A DNA stretch of 64,000 bases from Blastocatellia bacterium (GTDB taxonomy: Bacteria > Acidobacteriota > Blastocatellia > UBA7656): assembly GCA_963765495.1 (NCBI GenBank), contig CAVXWP010000012.1, forward strand, positions 64,001-128,000, read 5' to 3'. Position 1 is the stretch's first letter, and the number at the start of each line of letters is the position of its first letter. Positions 8,174 through 18,278 of this stretch are shown here, one piece after another. Position numbers and translations under genes: made by a program. The notes under the pieces were generated by a model. The model was not told where the DNA came from and searched no databases. It was given only the letters and a program-made list of their open reading frames with translations.

Positions 8174-10948
8174 ATGTACATACCCACGGCGACCTACAGA
8201 ATTCAATTCCATTCTGCGTTTGGTTTCAAATCGGCGGAAGGTATCGTTTCGTATCTGTCGGACCTCGGGGTCTCCACCCTTTATGCATCGCCAATCTTTA
8301 AAGCGCGCAAGGCAAGCGCCCACGGCTATGACGTAACCGATACCAATCAGCTAAACCCGGAAGTGGGGACGAGGGAAGATTTTGAGTCTCTTATAACAAC
8401 CCTGCACCGGCAGGGGCTCGGATGGTTGCAGGATTTTGTTCCAAATCACATGGCATATGACAGCAGCAACCATATGCTTATGGACATCTTTGAGAAGGGG
8501 CCGCATTCGCCTTATTTCGAGTTCTTTGATGTCGTCTGGGACCACCTGAGATTGAATTTGCGCGGCAAGCTCATAGCGCCTTTTCTGGGGCGTCCATACG
8601 GCGAGGCGCTCGAACACGGTGAGATTTCGCTCGAACTGGGCGAGCAGGGCTTTTCGGCCAGGTATTATGACAAGGTCTATCCGATTCGCATCGAATCCTA
8701 TGCCGAAATCATCTCTTTCGGTCTTGATCGGCTGAAGGAACAACTCGGCGAGGAAGACCCGGATTACATAAAAATAGCGGGCATCATACACATTCTGGAA
8801 ACGTTCGATTCGGCAGAATCCGACGAGATACGAAACATCCAGATCAGGCTCGCAAAGGATTTGTTCCAGGAGGTCTATCAGAAAAATTCGGTGGTTCGAG
8901 CTTTCCTTGACGGGAACGTAGCTGAGTTTAATCAAAACATCGACCTGCTCGACAGTCTGCTCGTGCAGCAATGGTTCCTCTTTGCTTACTGGCGGCTGGC
9001 TACGAAAGAGATCAACTATCAGCGATTCTTCAGCGTCAACGAGCTTATCTCTCTGAGGATCGAACAGCCGAGCGTATTCGATCACATCCATTCGCTGGTG
9101 CTCGAACTGCTCGAGTCGGGCCAGATAGATGGCCTTCGAATTGATCATGTAGACGGGCTCTATGATCCTACGATGTATCTGCGCCGCCTCAGACACAAGG
9201 CCGGAGACGCCTTTCTGGTTGTGGAAAAGATACTGGAGATGTCGGAGGCGCTTCCCAACCGCTGGCCAATCGAGGGCACAACCGGCTATGAGTTTTTGAA
9301 TTACGTAAACGGGCTGTTTGTATACGCAGACAGTCGAGATGCGTTTCATCGCATATACGAGCGATTTGCCGGAGTATCCGATTCTCTGGAAGAGCTTCTT
9401 TACGAAAAGAAACAACTCATCATCGAGCGCCATATGACGGGCGATCTCGACAATCTGGCTCATCATTTGAAGAAAGTTTCGACCACAACCCGCGACGGCA
9501 TTGACCTGACTATGGAAGGGTTGAAGCGGGCAGTGGTGGAATTTTCCTGTCTGTTTCCGATCTACAGGACTTATATAAACAGCGAGACGATAACCGACCG
9601 GGACATAAGGTATGTGCGCGAGGCGATAGCAAGTGCTAAAGAAAAGAATCCCGAGCCTGCGCGCGAACTCGCCTTTCTTGAGAAGGTGCTGTTGCTTGAT
9701 CTGCCCAAACATCTGGCCGACGAAGACCACAGCCTCTGGCTCTCATTCGTCATGAGATTTCAGCAGTATACAAGCCCGCTTATGGCCAAGGGGCTTGAAG
9801 ATACGACTTTTTATGTTTACAACAACCTGATCTCGCTAAACGAAGTGGGCGGCAATCCCGACAGATTCTCCATCCCTGCGGAAGACTTTCACGCCTTCAA
9901 CCACCAGAGGAGCGAGAATTATCCGCATACGATCAACACCACCTCGACTCACGACACAAAGAGAGGCGAGGACGTGCGGGCGCGCATCAATGTGCTTTCC
10001 GAGATTCCCGATGAATGGGAAGCACAGGTAAAACTCTGGCGCGAGCAGAATCTCGCCCATAAGACCCTCATAAGAGGTTGTGAAGCGCCCGACCGCAATC
10101 GCGAATATTTTCTCTATCAAACGATCGTGGGCACTTTCCCCTTTGAGGCGTCTGAGCGCGAGCCGTTCGTCGGGCGTATAAAAGATTACGTGATAAAGGC
10201 GGCCAGAGAGGCAAAGACTTATACCAACTGGCTCGACCCCGACACCGAGTACGAACGGGCGTTGGTCGGTTTCACCGAGGCTATTCTCACGCCCTCGCCT
10301 TCCAATAAATTTTTAGAGAACCTCGCTGATTTTCAAAAGAAGGTTGCGCATTACGGCATATTCAATTCACTGGCTCAGACCGTGCTCAAGATAACATCTC
10401 CGGGGCTGCCCGATTTCTATCAGGGCAGCGAACTCTGGGACCTCACACTGGTTGACCCGGATAACCGCCGCCCGGTTGATTTCAGCAGACGCAGAGAAAT
10501 TCTAAGGCATATAAAAGAGAGAGAATCATCGCTTTTGCCGCTCGTCGAAGAATTGCTATCCACAAAAGAAGACGGGCGCGTAAAGCTGTTCACGATTTAC
10601 AGGGCGCTTGGCGCAAGAAATCTCAATCGCGAGTTATTCGAGCGCGGCGATTACACGGGGTTGAAAACTTCCGGCAAGCAGCGCGCAAGCGTGATCGCAT
10701 TCGCAAGACGGATAGAAAACAGATGGGTGGTAATCGTAGTCCCTAGGTTTTTGACATCTCTCATAAAGAGAGACGAGCTGCCGCTTGGCGAAAGTGTCTG
10801 GCAAGACACTCGTATAGAATTGCCCGCTGGCGCGCCCGGCGCGTGGCGCGATGCGTTTACAGATCAGATCAAAGAGAGCAACTCCGGGCTATTGGCAGCC
10901 GAAGTATTCCGCCATTTCCCCGTGAGCTTTTTACTTGGACAGAATTGA
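8174..10948 (+). CDS. treY: Malto-oligosyltrehalose synthase (GH13)
   Basis: PTATYRIQF, HGYDVTD, DFVPNHM, DGLRIDHVDGL, VVEKIL, STHDTKRGEDVRARI and LVDPDNRRPVDF motifs; SD GAGGAG. Confidence 0.95.
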   Translation: MYIPTATYRIQFHSAFGFKSAEGIVSYLSDLGVSTLYASPIFKARKASAHGYDVTDTNQLNPEVGTREDFESLITTLHRQGLGWLQDFVPNHMAYDSSNHMLMDIFEKGPHSPYFEFFDVVWDHLRLNLRGKLIAPFLGRPYGEALEHGEISLELGEQGFSARYYDKVYPIRIESYAEIISFGLDRLKEQLGEEDPDYIKIAGIIHILETFDSAESDEIRNIQIRLAKDLFQEVYQKNSVVRAFLDGNVAEFNQNIDLLDSLLVQQWFLFAYWRLATKEINYQRFFSVNELISLRIEQPSVFDHIHSLVLELLESGQIDGLRIDHVDGLYDPTMYLRRLRHKAGDAFLVVEKILEMSEALPNRWPIEGTTGYEFLNYVNGLFVYADSRDAFHRIYERFAGVSDSLEELLYEKKQLIIERHMTGDLDNLAHHLKKVSTTTRDGIDLTMEGLKRAVVEFSCLFPIYRTYINSETITDRDIRYVREAIASAKEKNPEPARELAFLEKVLLLDLPKHLADEDHSLWLSFVMRFQQYTSPLMAKGLEDTTFYVYNNLISLNEVGGNPDRFSIPAEDFHAFNHQRSENYPHTINTTSTHDTKRGEDVRARINVLSEIPDEWEAQVKLWREQNLAHKTLIRGCEAPDRNREYFLYQTIVGTFPFEASEREPFVGRIKDYVIKAAREAKTYTNWLDPDTEYERALVGFTEAILTPSPSNKFLENLADFQKKVAHYGIFNSLAQTVLKITSPGLPDFYQGSELWDLTLVDPDNRRPVDFSRRREILRHIKERESSLLPLVEELLSTKEDGRVKLFTIYRALGARNLNRELFERGDYTGLKTSGKQRASVIAFARRIENRWVVIVVPRFLTSLIKRDELPLGESVWQDTRIELPAGAPGAWRDAFTDQIKESNSGLLAAEVFRHFPVSFLLGQN

Positions 10949-11000
10949 CAGGGTTCAACTCAAAATAATCGAGCCTTGCATTCAAAGTCTGGAGATCGCG

Positions 11001-11759
11001 GTGAAAATTACAATACTCGGATCAGGGACGGTGGTGCCGGATGGAGCGAGAAACTCGGCGGGTTATTTCGTCGAAATGTCCGGCGCAAGCGTGATGCTCG
11101 ATTGCGGCGCGGGAACCGTTCACGCGCTTGCGCGGTTCAACCTCGCCTGGGAAGAGATGTCACATCTTTTCATCAGCCACTTTCACGTAGACCACGCGGG
11201 TGAACTGGCCTCGCTTTTTTTCGCCTTCAAGTACGGCATGCGAACCCGGCGCAGCAAGCCTTTTACTCTGATCGGTCCCGTGGGGCTTGACCGCGTGATG
11301 AACGGGTTGAAGGAGGCGTTCGGGTCGAATCTGTTCGAAACAAAATTTCCATTTGAGCTTCAAATGCTTGCGCCGGGCGCGAGCCTTGAGCTTGGAGACA
11401 ATTGTCGGCTGACGGTCGCCAAGACTCCTCACACCGAAGAGAGCCTCGCCGTAAGGATTGAGAGCCGTGACGCGTCGGTCTGCTACACGGGCGATACCGA
11501 TTACAGCGAGAGGCTGGCAAACTTTTTCAATGAGGCTGATTTGCTTATCTCCGAGTGCTCGTTCGAGGAGCGACGCGAAGGCGTTCCGCATCTGTCGGTC
11601 AAAGACGTAACCAGGCTTGCCGGTGAATCGAAGGTCGCGCGCCTTATCGTCACTCATTTCTATTTCGATGTAGACGAGGCGGATTTGAAAGACCGGCTGC
11701 AACAGGATTTTTCGGGCGAAGTGATAATCGGCAGAGACGGCTTGAGCGTTCTTATTTAG
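11001..11759 (+). CDS. Metallo-beta-lactamase fold hydrolase, RNase Z/AtsA-like
   Basis: ITILGSG, LDCGAG, SHFHVDH, YTGDT, HLS and THFY motifs; GTG start after GGAG. Confidence 0.85.
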   Translation: MKITILGSGTVVPDGARNSAGYFVEMSGASVMLDCGAGTVHALARFNLAWEEMSHLFISHFHVDHAGELASLFFAFKYGMRTRRSKPFTLIGPVGLDRVMNGLKEAFGSNLFETKFPFELQMLAPGASLELGDNCRLTVAKTPHTEESLAVRIESRDASVCYTGDTDYSERLANFFNEADLLISECSFEERREGVPHLSVKDVTRLAGESKVARLIVTHFYFDVDEADLKDRLQQDFSGEVIIGRDGLSVLI

Positions 11760-11820
11760 GGCGACATTTTTCCAATCGAGATTCGAGATTTGAAATCTCA
11801 GACACGAGAGGGCGCATAAT

Positions 11821-13293
11821 ATGAAAAAGATTCGTTTTCACATATCCGTTGTCATCATCGTCTGGTTAACCTGCGGCTCGATCAACCTTTTCGGGCAGGA
11901 GGGCGCAGGCAGGCAAACCAAACAGACCGATCAGGTTGCGCAGCCAAAAACAGACGCACACGTCATAATGATCTCGATTGACGGGCTTGTGCCGGATTAT
12001 TACACGCGACCCGCGCAGCTTGGATTAAAGGTGCCGAACCTCGTCAGGATGAAACTCAACGGCGCGTACGCCGACGGGGTAGAGGGTGTTTATCCTTCGG
12101 TGACTTACCCCTCGCATACGACGCTCGTGACGGGGGTGAGACCGGCTACGCATGGCATAATCCAGAACCGCATCTTTGAAGCGCCTACTGATGAGCAGAC
12201 GCGCGAGTGGTACTGGTTTGCCGGTGCGATAAAAAGCGAGACTTTGTGGGGGCTGGCAAAGAAAGCCGGGCTTGTGACCGCTGCCGTCGGCTGGCCGGTC
12301 ACGGTCGAAGCCGATATAGATTACAATGTGCCCGAGATAGTCGATCCCAAAGAAAATCCTCCCACACCCAAACGATCCATCCAGTACTCAACGCCCGGAC
12401 TGATTGCGAATGCGGCAGCAGGGTTGAGCAGCGAGACGACCACCGACGGTCGCCGCACGGCAATCAGCGAATACATCATCAATACTTATAGACCTGATCT
12501 GATGTTGATTCATCTTGTCGAGCTTGATTCCTCGCATCACAAAAATGGGCCTCGCACACCCGGCGCGCTCGAAACCGCTGAGCGCGAAGACGGGTTTATA
12601 GGTCGCATAATCGAAGCCACTCGCAAGGCAGGTATATTCGACAAGACAACTTTTTTCCTGGTCTCAGATCATGGCTTTGCCGAGGTGAAAAAGAAATTTG
12701 AACCGGGCGTAGAACTGGTCAAGGCAAAGCTGATAACACTTGGCGCGGAGGGAAAGCCTACGGATTGGAAGGCCGCCGCGTGGCCTGCGGGCGGGTCGTG
12801 CGCTATCGTCCTGCGCGACCCGAAAGACAAAGAGACTGCCCAGAAAGTCGCGGACCTGTTTTCGAAAATCGCCGAGCGCAGCACCGGCCCCATCAATCGC
12901 ATTCTCACAAAAGAGAGCCTGCAAAAACTGGGTGCCGTCCCGACCGCCGAGTTGATGCTTGAGGCGGCTCCGGGCTATGCCTTTGGCGAAGAACTCACCG
13001 GGCCTGAGATTCACGATTCGAAGGATTATCGAGGCACGCACGGGCAGTTGCCAAGCCGGGCCGAGATGCGCTCCTCGCTGATAATATTTGGCCGCGACGC
13101 GCGAATCGGCGCGCATCTCGGGGTTGCGCGAATGATTGATATAGCGCCTACGATAGCGCCGCTGCTGGGCCTGAGCTTTACAGAGGCCGAAGGAAGCGCG
13201 ATGAAAGAGATGCTCAAACCCGGCCTTGTGCCAGCCGCAAAACCCGCAAAGAAAAGAGGCGAAAAAAGAGAGAAGCCGGTAAAAAACGACTGA
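11821..13293 (+). CDS. Secreted alkaline-phosphatase-superfamily nucleotide pyrophosphatase/phosphodiesterase
   Basis: ISIDGL, YPSVTYPSHTTLVTG, DSSHH, SDHG and GTHG metal motifs; signal peptide. Confidence 0.9.
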   Translation: MKKIRFHISVVIIVWLTCGSINLFGQEGAGRQTKQTDQVAQPKTDAHVIMISIDGLVPDYYTRPAQLGLKVPNLVRMKLNGAYADGVEGVYPSVTYPSHTTLVTGVRPATHGIIQNRIFEAPTDEQTREWYWFAGAIKSETLWGLAKKAGLVTAAVGWPVTVEADIDYNVPEIVDPKENPPTPKRSIQYSTPGLIANAAAGLSSETTTDGRRTAISEYIINTYRPDLMLIHLVELDSSHHKNGPRTPGALETAEREDGFIGRIIEATRKAGIFDKTTFFLVSDHGFAEVKKKFEPGVELVKAKLITLGAEGKPTDWKAAAWPAGGSCAIVLRDPKDKETAQKVADLFSKIAERSTGPINRILTKESLQKLGAVPTAELMLEAAPGYAFGEELTGPEIHDSKDYRGTHGQLPSRAEMRSSLIIFGRDARIGAHLGVARMIDIAPTIAPLLGLSFTEAEGSAMKEMLKPGLVPAAKPAKKRGEKREKPVKND

Positions 13294-13313
13294 AAGCCGT
13301 TTTGCGACGGGAC

Positions 13314-13524
13314 CATTCAGACCCCAAAGTGTAGATGAGGAAAATGGAAATAGGCCGCGGATGAACGCGGATCAGGCGGATTTACGCGGATCTGACATTA
13401 TTTGATCTAATCTATGTTTATCCGTCTAATCCGTGTCATCCGTGGCCTATTCCCCACTCGCTTTTCGTTCAAATTAACCTGCAAAATTATTACGCCTGTT
13501 GCCCGCTGTTTAAATACGGATTGA
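13314..13524 (+). mobile_element. Non-autonomous MITE-like element, copy 1, with nested ATCCGCG-type palindrome (about 13356-13445)
   Basis: Both flanks align by eye with the reverse complement of 52755-52897; short terminal inverted motif CATTCRG. Confidence 0.6.
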
Positions 13525-13656
13525 TTCCGGTTCTGCGATAACCATCGACACGCAAGAATCCTCATATCATCGTTCTAAATTCTGTAGTGTCAATTTGTCG
13601 ATCTCCTGCTCAAAAGTCCTCTGTGTTGAAGCCGACTTTTGCAGATGATATGATTT

Positions 13657-15102
13657 ATGTCGAGGTTTCTTATAAAAATGCGTCTCTCTGTGCTTATCGT
13701 TTCCGGTATTCTTGTCTTATTTACCGCCCGAGCGCCACACTCTTTCGCCCAGCACCCGGACCACACCGACCCGAGGCAAAAGGCCGCCGTCGCCTTTGAT
13801 GAAGGCCAAAATGCGCAGGAACGCGGAGACATGCTTTCGGCGGTAAAATTTTATACGGATGCCATCAATGCTGCCCCCACTATGTTTCAAATCTATTATC
13901 AGCGGGCAACGGCGCTCATCGCGCTCTCGCGCGAAAGCGAAGCCGAAGCGGATTTGAAAAAAGTGATCGAGCTGAACGCAGATTTCGCCCGCGCTCACCG
14001 CGCGCTCGGCCAGCTTTTACTCGATCGCGGGATAACCGATGACGCCCTCAGAGAATTTGCGCGAGCCATCGAACTCGACCCGAAGCTGACCGGCGTGCGC
14101 ATCTATTACGCCAGCGCGCTCATAAAGAATAATCAGCCTGCCAAAGCCATCGAACATCTTAGAGCCGCGCTTGAACAGAATGAATCTCCGGCTCTGGCCC
14201 ACGCGCTTCTGGGCATAGCGGAAGAGCGTACGGGGAAACCCGATGACGCCTTTAATGATTACTCTCGCGCCATCGAAATGGATGCCGGTATCGCGCCCGC
14301 GCGTGAAGGCCGCGCCCGTCTCTTTGAGGCAAAAGGCGAGACGGCGAAAGCCATAGAAGATTACACAATCGCTTATCGCGCGCAGCCGTCGCCGGAACTT
14401 GCGCGCAAGCTTGCGGATCTGCACGCCCGCGCAGGCCAGGCACAGGCGGCCATACAGCTGTATCGCGGATTGCTTCTGGAAAAACCCGACGATCTGGGCG
14501 TGCGAGCCGAAATGCTTCGCCTGATGATTGAGAACGGGCAGGCCGAAGAGGCTACTCGCGAGCTTAAGAAGATTCTGGCCGCAAGCCCGGCAAACGCAAA
14601 GTTGCTCACGCTCGCAGGCGACATATACCTTGCCGATAAGCCCGAAGAGGCGGCCGAGTATTATCGCCGCGCCGTCGAGTTGAGCCCGGATGACAACCGG
14701 GCGCGCGTGCAACTTGGGGCCGCGCTCACACGTTCATCGCAGTTTGAAGTCGCATTGCCTGTGCTCGCCGATGCCATTTCGCGGGAAGAGAACAACTATG
14801 CGGCGCACGCCAATCTCGCCACCGCGCTCTTCAAGCTGAAGCGATACCCTCAGGCGGCGGCCGAGTTTATTTGGGTGTTGAAACAAAAGCCCGACATCCC
14901 GGCCAGCTACTTTTTTCTGGCTATATCGCTCGACCGCATAGGCGATTGCGAGCAGGCCGTGCGCGCCTACCAGGCATTCACGCGCATAGCCGATCCGGCC
15001 GCAAACAAAGAAGAGATCGAAGAAGCGAACATACGTTTGAGCCTGCTTGAAAAGCTGGTCAAAAGCGGGAAATGTAAATCGCTGGTCAAGGGGAAGCAAT
15101 GA
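13657..15102 (+). CDS. Secreted TPR-repeat protein
   Basis: Signal peptide followed by many TPR motifs; the start may be the ATG at 13678. Confidence 0.88.
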   Translation: MSRFLIKMRLSVLIVSGILVLFTARAPHSFAQHPDHTDPRQKAAVAFDEGQNAQERGDMLSAVKFYTDAINAAPTMFQIYYQRATALIALSRESEAEADLKKVIELNADFARAHRALGQLLLDRGITDDALREFARAIELDPKLTGVRIYYASALIKNNQPAKAIEHLRAALEQNESPALAHALLGIAEERTGKPDDAFNDYSRAIEMDAGIAPAREGRARLFEAKGETAKAIEDYTIAYRAQPSPELARKLADLHARAGQAQAAIQLYRGLLLEKPDDLGVRAEMLRLMIENGQAEEATRELKKILAASPANAKLLTLAGDIYLADKPEEAAEYYRRAVELSPDDNRARVQLGAALTRSSQFEVALPVLADAISREENNYAAHANLATALFKLKRYPQAAAEFIWVLKQKPDIPASYFFLAISLDRIGDCEQAVRAYQAFTRIADPAANKEEIEEANIRLSLLEKLVKSGKCKSLVKGKQ

Positions 15103-16258
15103 TGAAGCGCCAATCCGGTCATATTCGTTTACAAGCGCTCGCCCGCCTGATGCAGATCGCCTTGCTGATGGCCTGCGCACTTTTTGCTGGGACGGCAAAG
15201 GCTCAACCGCAGGAGTCAGAGTCGCAGTATCCGCCTCTTCCGGTCAATCCCGCGCCGCTGTCGGAATTGATGAGCGCGCAGGAGATGGCGCAACTCAAGA
15301 AGGCAGACAGCCCTAAAGAACAGATTGAGACTTATCTCAAACTTTCGGACGCGCATCTTGATACGGCTCTCAATGCCATAAAAAACAGGAACAGGCTCCA
15401 ACAGCAGAGCTTGAGCTCGATATTTACAACAAGATACTGGCAGCAGCAGCGAAAACCGCCTTCACAAACCAGAAAGACAGAAGAAAACTGACCAAGAAGA
15501 TAGAGCAGCGTCTCTATCGCCACATCAAAACGCTCGAGGTCATCGAGCGCCTCTTTCCAATCGAGCGCCTCGCCTTTGCCGAAGCGGCGCTCAAGAAGAC
15601 AAAGCAGTTGCGCATACAATCGCTCAACGAGACATTCGATTCCGGTGATGTGCTTCACGTCCCCTCAAAAGAGAAGAAGCCGTCCAACGATTCGCCCGGC
15701 AAAAGCGGAGGGGTTCGGCTATCAAACCCGTCGGGTGCGATGTCTTTCGTCGCCCGAGGCGCACATCGGCCCGCGCAAATTCCCGGAGATTATCTAAACG
15801 AAGAGGAAGACGATTTTGTGAGGATCGCGCAGGAACCTGACGACCGTGTAAAAGTCTTCATGAAGATAGCCGACCGCCGTCTTGAAGCCATCACGGGAGC
15901 CCCCGCCCCGACAGGCGATCAGAAGACACAGGAAAAGGCCCGCAAGAAGGCCGAAGAAGAGGCGCGCAGATGGGGCGAGGTGCCAAAGGTCGAGCGATAT
16001 GTCTTGTTGCAGCATTACACGCGTGCGCTCGATGAAGCCACAGCGAAACTCGAAGACGCTCACGAACGCAACCCGAAAAATTCAGCCCTCCCGCGTGCGC
16101 TCAACATATTGCGAGAGTCTACGGACCGGCAACTGAAAATACTCCACTCGCTCGAAGGCCAGATGAAAAACGAGAACGAATCTGTTGCGCTCAAAGAGGC
16201 CATAGCCGAAGCCGAATTTGTAAATCAGGCGGCGCGAAAGGGTCTGGAGGCAAAGTAA
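15099..16258 (+). CDS. Secreted alpha-helical two-repeat protein interrupted by a -1 frameshift near 15380-15386 (programmed frameshift, pseudogene or sequencing indel)
   Basis: The 15608 frame stays open and protein-like back to about 15380 (AELELDIYNKILAAAAK...). The N- and C-terminal halves resemble each other (QIETYLKLSDAHLD vs RVKVFMKIADRRLE). Confidence 0.75.
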
Positions 16259-16292
16259 CGGCGGAAGACCCGGTTGAGTTTTGAGTCTTCAG

Positions 16293-16342
16293 ATTTCAGG
16301 TCCCAAATTTCAGGTCCCAAATTTCAGGTCTCAGATCCCAGA
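16293..16342. repeat. Tandem 14-mer (double heptamer) ATTTCAGGTCCCAA x about 3
   Basis: Read directly; related ATCTCAG/CTGAGAT heptamer runs occur near 11781-11800, 18721-18752 and 51040-51075. Confidence 0.8.
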
Positions 16343-16353
16343 TAAATCGAGGC

Positions 16354-16380
16354 TGTAACCGAAAAGAAAGAATCGGTGTC
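16354..16380 (+). promoter_or_regulatory. Putative ECF sigma promoter
   Basis: TGTAAC-N17-TGTC upstream of the Spy-ECF operon. Confidence 0.5.
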
Positions 16381-16456
16381 TTAAAAAGTAGAGGGCTAGA
16401 GGAAGTCTTCGAAAGGATTGAAAAACCAATTTCATTATAGGTTTAGAGAGGAAACG

Positions 16457-17002
16457 ATGAAAAGACTCAACAAAATCAAGGCGCTCGCAATAGCAGCGAT
16501 TTTGGCAATGGCCGTGGCTGCTCCCTTTGCTCTGGCGCAGGACTCAGGTTCACAGGACAGCCCGACAGTCGGGCGACACGGTGGAAAACGCGCATTTGGC
16601 AGACACTTCGGGCGCGGCGGGCACGGCGATATGGGCGGCTTTATGCTGCGAGGAGTTGATCTGACCGATGCTCAGAAGACTCAGATACAGCAGATTCGAG
16701 CAAGCCATAAGGAAGCCGTGGCCCCATTGATGCAGCAAATCCGGGCCAAGGAGCAAGCGATCCATCAGTCATTCGGGGATGACACTTTCAACAGTTCACT
16801 GGTAAATCAGCAACTGATTGAAATTGCAAATCTCAAGACCCAGCTCATGAGCGAACAGTTCAAGATACATCAAGAGACGCTTGCCGTGCTGACTCCCGAG
16901 CAGAAGACCAAGCTTACCGAGATGCGCGAACAGTTCAAGGCCAAGCGCGAAGAGATGAAGGCTAAGAGAGCCGAGCGCCGCGCCAATAAAACTCAGCAGT
17001 AA
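16457..17002 (+). CDS. Spy/CpxP (LTXXQ) periplasmic chaperone
   Basis: Signal peptide MKRLNKIKALAIAAIL; DLTDAQKTQI and VLTPEQK motifs; start at the ATG after GAGG. Confidence 0.88.
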   Translation: MKRLNKIKALAIAAILAMAVAAPFALAQDSGSQDSPTVGRHGGKRAFGRHFGRGGHGDMGGFMLRGVDLTDAQKTQIQQIRASHKEAVAPLMQQIRAKEQAIHQSFGDDTFNSSLVNQQLIEIANLKTQLMSEQFKIHQETLAVLTPEQKTKLTEMREQFKAKREEMKAKRAERRANKTQQ

Positions 17003-17030
17003 CTCTTGACCGAAGATACGAGCCACGGGA

Positions 17031-17092
17031 ATCAGACAGGATCAACAGCCTTATAAAATCGTTCCTAAATCATCTTGTTGATCCTGTCTGAT
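17031..17092. repeat. Palindromic repeat ATCAGACAGGATCAACA...TGTTGATCCTGTCTGAT
   Basis: 17-bp perfect inverted arms. Confidence 0.8.
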
Positions 17093-17146
17093 GAGGTTAG
17101 AGTAAGCCGTAAGTGAAAACTTGGATCGGGAGCGCTTCTGGCGAAT

Positions 17147-17755
17147 TTGAATGAACAAGCTTCGGACCTGGAACTGGTCAGTCTTGCGCGCAAGGGAGAT
17201 GAATCTGCCTTTGAAGAGATCGTGCGGCGTCACAGCGGGCGAGTCTTTTCGGTGGCAAGCCGGTTCTTCCGCCAGCGCAATCTCGTAGAAGAGGCGGCGC
17301 AGGAGGTCTTTCTGAAAGCCTACACGCAGCTTTCAAGTTACGAGGGGCGAGGTTCTTTCGAAGGATGGCTGACCAGGATTGCAACCAACACCTGTTTGAA
17401 CCTGCTCAGAAGCGCCAAGCGACGACCGGAATCTCCGGTTGCCGACCTGACCGATGAAGAATCTGACTGGCTGGATAATAAGCTGGCTGATGTTTCTATC
17501 GAACGCCACAAGTCAGTTGAAAACAGCCTGGTCGCGTCCGATCTGGCTGAAAAGGTGCTCGACACCTTATCACCTGATGATCGCCTGGTTTTGATGATGA
17601 TCGACGGCAACGAGCTTTCGGTCAAAGAGGTCGCCGAGGCAACAGGCTGGTCGGAATCTAAGGTCAAGGTTCAAGCCTTTCGCGCTCGCCGAAGGATGCG
17701 AGAGGCCGTAGAAAAGTTATTGGAAGTAAAAGAAGAATTGCAGGTCAAGACATAG
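17147..17755 (+). CDS. ECF RNA polymerase sigma-70 factor
   Basis: GDESAFEEIVRRH, AQEVFLKAY, WLTRIATN and region 4 EVAEATGWSESKVKVQAFRAR. Confidence 0.92.
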   Translation: MNEQASDLELVSLARKGDESAFEEIVRRHSGRVFSVASRFFRQRNLVEEAAQEVFLKAYTQLSSYEGRGSFEGWLTRIATNTCLNLLRSAKRRPESPVADLTDEESDWLDNKLADVSIERHKSVENSLVASDLAEKVLDTLSPDDRLVLMMIDGNELSVKEVAEATGWSESKVKVQAFRARRRMREAVEKLLEVKEELQVKT

Positions 17756-17771
17756 AAAGCACAGGTCAGAG

Positions 17772-18278
17772 ATGAAAAACGACCACATTAAAGAGTTGCT
17801 CGAACACACACCTGTCATCGATTTGAGCGAAGGCGAGCGGCTTGCGGTTGAACGACACACAAGCCGTTGCGATGAGTGCTTGCGGGCCTACAAAGCCGCG
17901 CAGATCGCAAGCGTACTGCTCAAGACGCGGGCATCTGAAATCGTGGAGCCGACGCCGTTCTTTAAGACCCGCGTGATGGCTGCTCTGCGCGAACGTCAGG
18001 CGGTCGCGGAAGTCCCTGCGATCTTGAGAATGTGGAAAGCCGCCGGAGCTATGGTCTCTTCGATGGTGGCGCTCGTGGTCATCCTGCTGACCATGACTTT
18101 TTTCTATAACAATAATCAGGTTCAGAATGAGACGAGCGCGCTGGCATCGAGCCAGAATCTCTACTCGGCGGAATATGTGGTTTTTGATGCGGATGATTTA
18201 CGTGACGAAGAGATAAGTTATGGTCAGGTGCTGACGACTTTATATGATTCACAGGATGCTTATGGAGAGTACAAGTAA
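17772..18278 (+). CDS. Zinc-finger membrane anti-sigma factor
   Basis: HxxxCxxC (HTSRCDEC) plus one TM helix, directly downstream of the ECF gene. Confidence 0.8.
   Translation: MKNDHIKELLEHTPVIDLSEGERLAVERHTSRCDECLRAYKAAQIASVLLKTRASEIVEPTPFFKTRVMAALRERQAVAEVPAILRMWKAAGAMVSSMVALVVILLTMTFFYNNNQVQNETSALASSQNLYSAEYVVFDADDLRDEEISYGQVLTTLYDSQDAYGEYK

Noticed and set aside
8351-9730. Long antisense ORFs (also 42421..43647 and 53188..54120)
   Set aside because: Antisense shadows of well-supported genes, caused by codon bias.
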